A stretch of DNA of 64,000 nucleotides, from sequence record SRR31156797_1634; one strand, 5' to 3'. Made by a program: the position numbers and the translations under genes. Below are positions 56,008 to 64,000 of this stretch, in pieces (position 1 is the stretch's first letter; every line of letters starts with the position of its first letter). The notes under the pieces are model-generated. The model worked only from the letters and a program-made list of their open reading frames with translations, was not told the DNA's origin and ran no database searches.

Positions 56008-57215
56008 TCATCACCGGAATGGGCGCAATTTCCCCACTAGGCAGCGGAGTGAAGGAACTTTGGAGCGGACTTGTTGCAGGACGTTCCGGCATCAGCCATA
56101 TGGAAGAACTTGAGCACGTCAAAGGCTTGCGTCCGCGCATTGCCGGACGTGTCCCGGAAGTTAATATTAAAGCAATTCCACGCAAAGCCCGCCGGACCAT
56201 GTCCAATCTTTCTATTTTCGCCGCCCTTGCCGCACTTGAAGCTATTGAACAGGCTGGACTAGAGGAAGAAATGTTAACCGGAGGACGGACTGGACTTTCT
56301 ATAGGTTCTACCACTGGAAGTTCGCAGGCTCTGGAACAATTCTTCAAGCTTTACCTGCCTGAAAATTCCCTTGAAGCTATCCGCAGTACTGAGTTTTTCA
56401 AGATCATGAACCACAGTGCAGCCGCCAACCTTGCTCAATTCTTAAGAATCAGTGGACGGGTTATCGCGGCCTCGGCAGCCTGCTCCACCGGATGCCAAAA
56501 CATTGGTTTGGCAGCGGAAGCAATTGCCACAGGAAAACAGGATGCGATGCTCTGCGGCGGTACGGATGAACTGCATCCCTTAACCGTAGGCACCTTCGAT
56601 ATTATTGAAGCTGCTTCCACTTCCGGGGCAGATGATCCCACAAGCGCGTCCCGCCCCTTTGACGTTAACCGGGACGGCATTGTCTGTTCTGAAGGTGCGG
56701 GCATACTTCTGCTGGAAAGCTATGAACATGCCCAAAAGCGCGGAGCCGAAATTCTGGCCGAAATCACAGGTTTTTCATCACTGTGCGACAGCAGCAACAT
56801 GGCATCCCCCAGTGCGGATGCTATTGCCCGCTGTATGGCAGAAGCCTTGAAAGATGCCGACATTTCCGAATCAGACATTGATTATGTGAACGCCCACGCC
56901 ACCGGGACCTTACAGGGAGATGCTTCCGAGGCACAGGCTATAGCAGGTTTGCTTAGCAAAAATCCCCCGGTAAGCAGTTTAAAGGGCCATCTGGGCCATA
57001 CCATGGCTGCCAGCGGAGCTATTGAAACCATCGCAACAGTGCGCATGATGCAGAAAAGTACAATCATTCCCACAGCAAACCTCACAACTCCTGCCGATGA
57101 ATGCTCTACAATAAACAACACCTTGCATTTGCAGGAAAGACCAATTACATATGCGCTGAAAAATAATTTCGCCCTTGGCGGTATAAATACATCGCTGGTA
57201 TTGAGGAGATCATAA
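55989..57215 (+). CDS. Beta-ketoacyl-ACP synthase (FabB/F family) 2
   Basis: SAACSTG, HATGT, KGHLGHTMAASG, NFALGG. Confidence 0.92.
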   Translation: MHIQRIVITGMGAISPLGSGVKELWSGLVAGRSGISHMEELEHVKGLRPRIAGRVPEVNIKAIPRKARRTMSNLSIFAALAALEAIEQAGLEEEMLTGGRTGLSIGSTTGSSQALEQFFKLYLPENSLEAIRSTEFFKIMNHSAAANLAQFLRISGRVIAASAACSTGCQNIGLAAEAIATGKQDAMLCGGTDELHPLTVGTFDIIEAASTSGADDPTSASRPFDVNRDGIVCSEGAGILLLESYEHAQKRGAEILAEITGFSSLCDSSNMASPSADAIARCMAEALKDADISESDIDYVNAHATGTLQGDASEAQAIAGLLSKNPPVSSLKGHLGHTMAASGAIETIATVRMMQKSTIIPTANLTTPADECSTINNTLHLQERPITYALKNNFALGGINTSLVLRRS

Positions 57216-57469
57216 TGAATGACGCAGAAATCATAAAAAGAATAAACTCCGCTTTAGCCGAAGAATTCGAGCTGGAGCTGGACGAACTGGTCCCTGAAGC
57301 AGTCTTCAAAGATGACCTTGACCTCGACAGCCTTGATGCTGTGGATATGGTCATCGTTCTGGAGCAGGAATTCGGGATCAAAATCAAGAAAGACGAAGCC
57401 TTCAAGGCAATACGTACTCTCGGGGATTTACACAAATTCATCCTGAGCAAAAAAGAAGAAGCCGCTTAA
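57215..57469 (+). CDS. Acyl carrier protein
   Basis: Acidic 84 aa, DLDSLDAVD phosphopantetheine site. Confidence 0.92.
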   Translation: MNDAEIIKRINSALAEEFELELDELVPEAVFKDDLDLDSLDAVDMVIVLEQEFGIKIKKDEAFKAIRTLGDLHKFILSKKEEAA

Positions 57470-57481
57470 TATAAGCGGCTT
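57459..57481 (+). terminator. Hairpin overlapping the ACP stop (partial terminator or mRNA stabiliser)
   Basis: AAGCCGCTTA-ATA-TAAGCGGCTT 10-bp stem. Confidence 0.55.
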
Positions 57482-57505
57482 TCTACCCTTCCCACTTTTC
57501 CCCCA

Positions 57506-58258
57506 ATGCCCCAATTCCTCAAACTTATCTGGATCAACACCGGGATATACCTGAGCATCATCCTCTGGACTCTGGCCGGGGTCATCATTTCGCCGCTCTG
57601 CTACCTGTTCTTTACCCGCATACTGAGATGGGAAAAACCGAAAACCCTGCGTAAAATGATCTGGTACTACGGCTGGACCAGTTCTAAACTGATGTCTGTG
57701 TTCGTAGATATCAAGTGGCCTGAACAGCGGAAACTCCCCTCGCCCTGTATCATTGTCGCCAACCACGAATCTTTCTTCGACCCCTATCTTGTCTCCTTCC
57801 AGCCACAGCGCAACATATGTATGGCTGTACGCAACTGGCCCTTTAAAATCCCCTTCTACGGATTCTACATGAAACTTGCGGGCTACATAAATGTTGAAAC
57901 TGATGATCTGGATGAGATCATTGAACAAGCGGAAACAGCTTTGGATCAGGATGCCACGCTCATGTTCTTTCCCGAAGGGACCCGCAGCAAGGACGGCAAC
58001 CTGAACCGCTTCCATTCCGGCCCCTTTCACCTTGCCGTTCAAACCGGACTGCCCATTGTCCCCCTGTGCATTACCGGGACTTATAATATGCTTCCCCGCG
58101 GACACATGCTAATCCGCCCAACTAAAGTACGAGGCACAATACTTTCTCCCATTTATCCTGACCAATTCCAAAACACGCAAAGCCCGCATATTGAATTGCG
58201 CCGCGCGGTTAAAACAACTATGGTTGCTTGCATTCAGGAAATGAATCAGGAAGCGTAA
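57506..58258 (+). CDS. PlsC-like lysophospholipid acyltransferase
   Basis: NHESFFD, FPEGTRS, PIVP. Confidence 0.9.
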   Translation: MPQFLKLIWINTGIYLSIILWTLAGVIISPLCYLFFTRILRWEKPKTLRKMIWYYGWTSSKLMSVFVDIKWPEQRKLPSPCIIVANHESFFDPYLVSFQPQRNICMAVRNWPFKIPFYGFYMKLAGYINVETDDLDEIIEQAETALDQDATLMFFPEGTRSKDGNLNRFHSGPFHLAVQTGLPIVPLCITGTYNMLPRGHMLIRPTKVRGTILSPIYPDQFQNTQSPHIELRRAVKTTMVACIQEMNQEA

Positions 58259-58302
58259 CAGCGATTTTCACGAATTTAACTATCAAGATGAGGATGTTAC
58301 AA

Positions 58303-58698
58303 ATGAGAAATCTCCGTATTGTTGCTTTTGTACTTGTTGCCTGCGCACTTTTTCTCGGCGGATGCAGAACCGCCCCCATCCAAAACATTGAGATGGCCCC
58401 GATAGTTTCCACCAGCCAGCAGGCCCGCTCCATGGAAAGTGTGAAAAACGCTATTATCAAAGGCGGCTATGACCGTGGATGGCAGATGAGTGATGTCGCT
58501 CCCGGACACCTTATAGCTACCCTGAACATCCGCTCCCATCAGGCAGTTGTGGACATTACCTACACCCCTGAAAATTACAGCATCAACTATAAAGACAGCA
58601 CCAACCTGAAACATAAAGGGAACGTGATTCACAGTAACTACAACGCCTGGATCAAAAACCTTGCCGGGGCCATCAATCGCGAATTGGGCCAGATTTAA
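58303..58698 (+). CDS. Lipoprotein of unknown function
   Basis: Signal peptide ending LGG-C; RGW, IHSNYNAWIKNL; GAGGA RBS. Confidence 0.75.
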   Translation: MRNLRIVAFVLVACALFLGGCRTAPIQNIEMAPIVSTSQQARSMESVKNAIIKGGYDRGWQMSDVAPGHLIATLNIRSHQAVVDITYTPENYSINYKDSTNLKHKGNVIHSNYNAWIKNLAGAINRELGQI

Positions 58699-58721
58699 CA
58701 ACAAAACTGACGAGAACAACT

Positions 58722-59753
58722 ATGAATTCAAACCGTTGCTGGGGCAGTCCTTTTACCAAGGCTGAAATTGAACAAACCCTCAAGAACAAGCAATTGCTCA
58801 CTGCAGAGCTTGAGTTAAGCAGGGTCTGTGACCTGCGCTGCATCTACTGCTATGCTTCATCCGGGGAAAAGCTCAACAACGAGCTTGATTACGATGAGAT
58901 TACCAATGCAGTGGACCAATGCCAGAGCCTCGGCGCGCGCAAAATAATAATCCTCGGCGGGGGAGAACCTATGCTTTACCCCCGCATTATAGATGTAATC
59001 CGTTATATCCATAGTCTCGGTCTGGAAATAGAGCTGTTCAGTAACGGAACCCGGATCACCCCGGAAATCGCATCCGAACTATATTCCATCGGCGTGCAGC
59101 CGGTTATTAAATTCAACAGCCTCAATCCAGAAATTCAGGACCATCTGGCCGGCAAAAAAGATGCCCACAAAGCAATCCGCCAAGGGCTTAGCAATCTTCT
59201 TGAAGCAGGATACGGCAAAGGAGATATTCCCATTGGTGCCCAGACCATCATCTGCCGCCAGAATTTTGCCGAAATCCCGGAAATGTGGCGCTGGCTGCGC
59301 ACCCGTAATATTATCCCCTATTTCGAAACTATCACGGATCAGGGCCGAGCCAAGGATCATGTGGAACTGGCACTCAGTCCTGAAAAGATAGGAGAATTAT
59401 TCCAGAAACTTTCACGTATTGACCGAGAAGAATTCGGCATAGAATGGGAACCGAAACCTCCAGTAGCTGCATTTTCCTGCAAACGTCATTTCTATTCCTG
59501 CACTATCACCACTACCGGGGAGATTATCCCCTGTCCGGGAGTGGATATTTCCGCAGGCAATCTGCGTTTTGACACACTGGAAAATATCATTTCGCAGAGC
59601 GACGTATTCAACAACCTGCGCAACATCCGCCAGAACATCACCGGACCGTGCAAGACATGTGATTTAAACACAGAATGTTACGGCTGCCGGGGCATGGCCC
59701 ACCATTTGAACGGCGATTACCTTTCATCCGACCCGCTCTGCTGGCGCAACTAA
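58722..59753 (+). CDS. Radical SAM/SPASM enzyme (NirJ/PqqE-like architecture)
   Basis: CDLRCIYC, GGGEP; C...PC...GNL...CKTC.....CYGCR...DPLC. Confidence 0.9.
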   Translation: MNSNRCWGSPFTKAEIEQTLKNKQLLTAELELSRVCDLRCIYCYASSGEKLNNELDYDEITNAVDQCQSLGARKIIILGGGEPMLYPRIIDVIRYIHSLGLEIELFSNGTRITPEIASELYSIGVQPVIKFNSLNPEIQDHLAGKKDAHKAIRQGLSNLLEAGYGKGDIPIGAQTIICRQNFAEIPEMWRWLRTRNIIPYFETITDQGRAKDHVELALSPEKIGELFQKLSRIDREEFGIEWEPKPPVAAFSCKRHFYSCTITTTGEIIPCPGVDISAGNLRFDTLENIISQSDVFNNLRNIRQNITGPCKTCDLNTECYGCRGMAHHLNGDYLSSDPLCWRN

Positions 59754-59767
59754 TTCCGGAGTTTTAA

Positions 59768-60262
59768 ATGAGTCTTCCCATGCAGGCTGAAAAACTGCTG
59801 CCCCATCGCGGACAGATGCTGCTCATCGACAGAGTGCTTACTGCTGAAGAAAACGCAGGGACCGCACTTGCTGACCTTTCCACACAGTACATCGCTAAAG
59901 GAACGGACGGCAATTTGCTGGCTCCGTTTTACATTGAACTGGTGGCACAAACATACGCCGCAGTGTGCGGTTACCAGCTTAAATCTATTGGTCAGCCCGT
60001 ACCTGAAGGCTATCTTGTGGGTGTTCAAAAATTTCAGATCATGCCCCAAAACACCATGGTATTTACCAGCGACCAACTGCTGGTGAATGTACAGACTGTA
60101 GGTGGTTTTGACGGATTCGCAGTGGTAGAAGGCACGGTCAGCCGTGAAGGAAAAACATTGGCCGAGGGTAGAATCAAAATATTTGTACCGCAGGATGAGT
60201 CCATGGCCGAACTGTTTACGCAGGCAGAATCCGGAGAAAATGCAGTCTCATGGCAATTGTAA
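59768..60262 (+). CDS. Hotdog-fold dehydratase-like protein (ApeP-like)
   Basis: LLPHRGQMLLID, IELVAQ, GYLVG. Confidence 0.8.
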   Translation: MSLPMQAEKLLPHRGQMLLIDRVLTAEENAGTALADLSTQYIAKGTDGNLLAPFYIELVAQTYAAVCGYQLKSIGQPVPEGYLVGVQKFQIMPQNTMVFTSDQLLVNVQTVGGFDGFAVVEGTVSREGKTLAEGRIKIFVPQDESMAELFTQAESGENAVSWQL

Positions 60263-60882
60263 GAAAAACAATTCTGCTCACTTTTCTACTGCTGATCATT
60301 ATGGAAGGTAGTGTTTTCGCAGACAAACAGACTGATTTTCTAAAAGACCTGCAAGCTAGTTCACAAGCAATCCACTCCATCAGCAGCGATTTTACCCAGC
60401 AAAGCCATATCGCACTTTTCGCAGATATCATGGAATCCAAAGGAAAATTCTGCTTTGCCCGTCCGGATAACCTGCGCTGGGAATATACCGAACCATTTGT
60501 ATCCGGCTTCCTGCTTAAGGGACAGAAAGGGTTGAAATGGGACGGAGCAGCGAAAGAGTCGACCCCGTTCGAGACCGAGACATCACCGGAAATGGCGATT
60601 ATCTCAGAACAGATTCTGGCTTGGACAACCATGAATATTCCGTGGTTACAATCTCTATATTCCATCAAAGTGACCAATTATACCCCGGCAGCGATGGAGC
60701 TGACCCCGAAGTCACGCAAGACAAAACAATTTTTAAGTCTGATCCGCATCTTTTTTGCACCCAAGGCAACCCATCTTGAATCCATTGAATTGCATGAGCC
60801 GGGTGGGGATTACACAAAAATCATCTTTGCCAACGTACACTTAAATCAAAAACTGGATCAGGATATTTTCCTGAAAGAGTAA
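60250..60882 (+). CDS. LolA-like outer-membrane lipid/lipoprotein carrier
   Basis: Signal peptide, FTQ, SKGKF...P..LRWEYTEP, GDYT.I.F. Confidence 0.85.
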   Translation: MAIVRKTILLTFLLLIIMEGSVFADKQTDFLKDLQASSQAIHSISSDFTQQSHIALFADIMESKGKFCFARPDNLRWEYTEPFVSGFLLKGQKGLKWDGAAKESTPFETETSPEMAIISEQILAWTTMNIPWLQSLYSIKVTNYTPAAMELTPKSRKTKQFLSLIRIFFAPKATHLESIELHEPGGDYTKIIFANVHLNQKLDQDIFLKE

Positions 60883-60884
60883 AA

Positions 60885-63275
60885 ATGTTTTTCAGCAAGT
60901 TGAATAATCTCGCGACAGAAAGCAGAAAAGATCAAATAAAAAGCTCACTGTTTCTTATTTTTTTCGTCCTCTTCTGCGCCATCCCGCTGATCTCGGTTTC
61001 TTTTTCCGAAGACATTTCGGCCATGCTCCCCAATGGTGAAAACGGAGAAATCAGCCGCGATTTTGTTCTGCTTCAAAAAGCTCCCTTAGCCGGAAAAGTA
61101 CTTATTTCCATTTCCAGTAACACTCTTGGAGAAAAAACACTTGGTGATGTAGCCCAAAGCCTAGCCAGCAGAATGAACAGTCCGCTGCTTGAGGATTACA
61201 ATTCTCTGGAAACAACTCCACAGGAGATAATGGATTACCTGCTCAAGCAAGCCCCTAATCTGACCACACAAGATGATCTGGAAAAATTAAATAAACTGAC
61301 CAGTAAAGAATCAATTGAGCAAAATTTAAGCGACGCAAAGAAACTACTTATTTCTCCGGCAGGAATCGGAATGCGCGGGATTATCGCCACAGACCCGCTT
61401 AATTTACGCATGACCTACCTATCCAAAATAGCATCCATGCAGAACCTGCCCAGCACCAAAAGAGTAGGCAATAGATACTTCGTCAGCGGCGAAAACGCGC
61501 TGTTGCTCATTGCGAAAACAAACATCCCCATGACCGATTCCAAGAACGGACTCCTGCTGCTGGATCGTTTTAAAGAAATAAAAAAAGATGCATTAGCGGA
61601 AAACAATCTCGTAAACGATGACATTTACATCGAAATGCTGAGCGGACATCGCTACACAACCGCCAATGCCTCAGTCATCAAAAGCGACATCCTGACTGTT
61701 TCGATCATCTCTCTTGGCGCGCTGATACTGCTTTTTTTCTTTGGATTCCGCAGCAAAGGAGCCTTAAGCGTTTTTCTTGCGCCGGGTGTTGCAATTATGG
61801 CCGGACTGGGAAGCTGCGCTTTTATATACAGCGACATGTCCGCAATCGTCATCGGCTTCGGTGCTGTACTCATGGGTATTTCCATCGACTTTGCTGTGCA
61901 CACCTATTTTGCCTTGGCGGAAACCCCGGAAGACAAAGCAGGAGCCATGCGCAAAGTCAGCAAACCCGTACTTTTCGGAGCCGCAACATCCTGCGCATCC
62001 TTTGCCGCCCTGTATATTTCAGGCATTCCGGGCATCAAACAACTTTCCATCTTCTCTGTAGCCGGGATAATCGCAGCCAGCGGCTACGCCCTGCTCTTTG
62101 TTCCCCGATTCTGTAATTCATTCCCTGAAGCCGGGAAGACTCAATCTTTTCTTCAAATTAACGGAAACAAAAAACTCATATTTTGGTGTACAGGACTCAT
62201 ATTTGCGGTTTCAATTGTAGGCGCATTGAACAATAATTTTGACACGGAACTGAAAAACCTAGGCTATATTTCAAAAGATATTTCCCACACGGAAAAACAT
62301 TTTCAGGAGAAATGGAGCCGAATGCACGCCCAATCCATGCTTTTTGCTACAGGGGAAAATATGGATCTTGCCCTGCAAAAGAATGAAAACGCATGGTCCG
62401 ACATCAGACAAAACCTGAACGACATTAAAGCGGTCAATATTGCGGAAACCCTGCCTTCCCCCAAAACCATTGCGGAAAACAGAAACCGCTGGTCCTCATT
62501 CTGGGATGAAACCAAAGAACAAACAGAGCATGCCGTTTTGGAAAGCAGCAAGAAACTCGGCTTCACGTCCAGAGCATTTCTCCCGGCAATGGACCGAATT
62601 TCGTCCCCCCCTCCAGCCCTTAATGCAAATATTTACAGCACCGGACCGCTTAATTTTCTCTATGAGCTACTCATTCCTCCCAGCAACAACGGATCTGATA
62701 AACTGATCATGACCCTGCTCCCGGACAATGAACAAGTGGATGAATACTATTCTCCACAAAAAGAAAAAGAACTGGGCGTGCGCCTTGTTTCCCAGTCCCG
62801 CTTTAAAACCAGCCTTGAACAGGAAATGAAGCAGGACATCATCAAATTCATCACTTGCTCGGGACTTATGGTTGCGGTGCTTATTTTCGGGTTGTTTCGG
62901 AACCTGCGCCAAGCAATTCTGGCACTTTTCCCTGCAATTTTCGGTGTAGCGGTGACTTTCGGAATACTGGGGATTCTTCAGATTCCGTTGAATATTTTTC
63001 ACATCGTAGCTTTACCCCTTGTAATCGGCCTTGGAGCCGACTACGGAATCTTCATGGTTTTTCAAGAAATAAGAACTCCCTCACTATGGACCGTCAAAGC
63101 GGTCAAAATTTCGGGCCTGACCTCACTTGCAGGCTTCGGAGTGCTGATCTTTGCCAAACATCCCTCGCTGCACTCATTGGGAGCAACTGTTTCCATCGGA
63201 ATCACAGCAGCCCTGTGCTGCGCGATTTTTGTGCTCCCGCAACTGCTGCGATTACAAGGAGGTAGACATGCATAA
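60885..63275 (+). CDS. MMPL-family exporter (APE-cluster type)
   Basis: Two TM bundles, GISIDFAVH and GLGADYGIF. Confidence 0.85.
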   Translation: MFFSKLNNLATESRKDQIKSSLFLIFFVLFCAIPLISVSFSEDISAMLPNGENGEISRDFVLLQKAPLAGKVLISISSNTLGEKTLGDVAQSLASRMNSPLLEDYNSLETTPQEIMDYLLKQAPNLTTQDDLEKLNKLTSKESIEQNLSDAKKLLISPAGIGMRGIIATDPLNLRMTYLSKIASMQNLPSTKRVGNRYFVSGENALLLIAKTNIPMTDSKNGLLLLDRFKEIKKDALAENNLVNDDIYIEMLSGHRYTTANASVIKSDILTVSIISLGALILLFFFGFRSKGALSVFLAPGVAIMAGLGSCAFIYSDMSAIVIGFGAVLMGISIDFAVHTYFALAETPEDKAGAMRKVSKPVLFGAATSCASFAALYISGIPGIKQLSIFSVAGIIAASGYALLFVPRFCNSFPEAGKTQSFLQINGNKKLIFWCTGLIFAVSIVGALNNNFDTELKNLGYISKDISHTEKHFQEKWSRMHAQSMLFATGENMDLALQKNENAWSDIRQNLNDIKAVNIAETLPSPKTIAENRNRWSSFWDETKEQTEHAVLESSKKLGFTSRAFLPAMDRISSPPPALNANIYSTGPLNFLYELLIPPSNNGSDKLIMTLLPDNEQVDEYYSPQKEKELGVRLVSQSRFKTSLEQEMKQDIIKFITCSGLMVAVLIFGLFRNLRQAILALFPAIFGVAVTFGILGILQIPLNIFHIVALPLVIGLGADYGIFMVFQEIRTPSLWTVKAVKISGLTSLAGFGVLIFAKHPSLHSLGATVSIGITAALCCAIFVLPQLLRLQGGRHA

Positions 63276-63789
63276 GTTCAAAACTATACTCCCCCTGCTA
63301 CTCTTAACAATTATAGCCGGATGTGCATCGCGAAGCACAATCGATCCTACTAACCCCGCAGATTCATCCACCTATCTGCTGCAACATTCCGGGGTGCTCT
63401 CCATCGCGGAAAAGCGGATGCCCTTGCGCGGCATGCTGCAACTCAAACCGAAGCAACGAAGCGCACGGGTGGTCATGCTCAATGACATGGGCATGAAACT
63501 ACTGGTCGCTGAAATCACTGCCGATAATGCTGGCGGTTTTGAATCTAAAAAACTTTTCGTCTCACCTTTCTTGCGTATGATTCCGCCTTTTTATGATGAA
63601 TCCATGCGTTGCATCTATGAAATGTACCTCGCCCCGCAACACGCGAATTCCCAAAAGGCAAATATCACCACCGAAGGCAAAAAAAGAATCGGCAACCGTG
63701 AATTCGCAGCCCATACCATCATCAACGATCCGCAAGGCAACTACAGTCTTGAACTTTTTCTTGATTCCGGATCACAAAAGGATTCTTAA
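63268..63789 (+). CDS. Lipoprotein (DUF3261-like)
   Basis: GGAGG RBS, IAG-C lipobox, VMLNDMGMKL. Confidence 0.65.
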   Translation: MHKFKTILPLLLLTIIAGCASRSTIDPTNPADSSTYLLQHSGVLSIAEKRMPLRGMLQLKPKQRSARVVMLNDMGMKLLVAEITADNAGGFESKKLFVSPFLRMIPPFYDESMRCIYEMYLAPQHANSQKANITTEGKKRIGNREFAAHTIINDPQGNYSLELFLDSGSQKDS

Positions 63790-63793
63790 ACAG

Positions 63794-64000
63794 ATGGAAC
63801 TGAACGAACATATTTCAAACAGCTGTGGCGACCTTGAAAAAACAGAATCAGGCTACAGCCGTTCATATCTTTTCAAGGAATCATTCCCCGGATTCGATGG
63901 ACACTTCCCCGGCAACCCCATCCTGCCCGGAGTGATTCAGACCTTGCTCGGACAAGAGTCCTCCATGGAAGCACTTATTCTTGAATACCCTGCTGAAAAG
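63794..64000 (+). CDS. FabZ/ApeI-like dehydratase, truncated by window end (not in ORF track)
   Basis: Manual translation MELNEHISNSCGDLEK...FPGFDGHFPGNPILPGVIQ. Confidence 0.8.
   Translation, partial: MELNEHISNSCGDLEKTESGYSRSYLFKESFPGFDGHFPGNPILPGVIQTLLGQESSMEALILEYPAEK

Noticed and set aside
1-64000. CRISPR arrays, tRNA/rRNA, IS elements, prophage, anti-phage defence genes
   Set aside because: None recognised; intergenic spaces are short and show no periodic repeats by eye (not computationally excluded)

Overview
64 kb of bacterial chromosome. Gene content and style suggest a Desulfovibrionaceae sulfate reducer (inference only). Three blocks. (1) 1-38,650 is a very large surface-glycan island: glycosyltransferases, gmd-fcl, manC-manB, two separate split-transketolase pairs, a short NeuB-type synthase, a reversed-order HldE-like nucleotidyltransferase/kinase, a GmhA-like isomerase, a HAD phosphatase, an APH-type kinase, two Twitch/SPASM radical SAM enzymes, about seven methyltransferase(-like) domains, ATP-grasp, GH57-like and sialidase-like genes. 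Together these look like an uncharacterised pathway to a higher-carbon or branched, heavily modified sugar. (2) 38,700-52,400 is a mixed regulatory/transport region: two small membrane proteins, LysR-aldo/keto reductase, PAS kinases, a cupin, an RND pair, a diguanylate cyclase and a small lipoprotein. (3) 52,440-64,000 is the start of an aryl-polyene/flexirubin-like type II FAS/PKS cluster that also carries a phytoene-desaturase-family oxidoreductase and a SPASM radical SAM enzyme; it runs off the window end. No rRNA, tRNA, CRISPR array, transposase or integrase was recognised. All calls come from motif recognition by eye; no database search was run.
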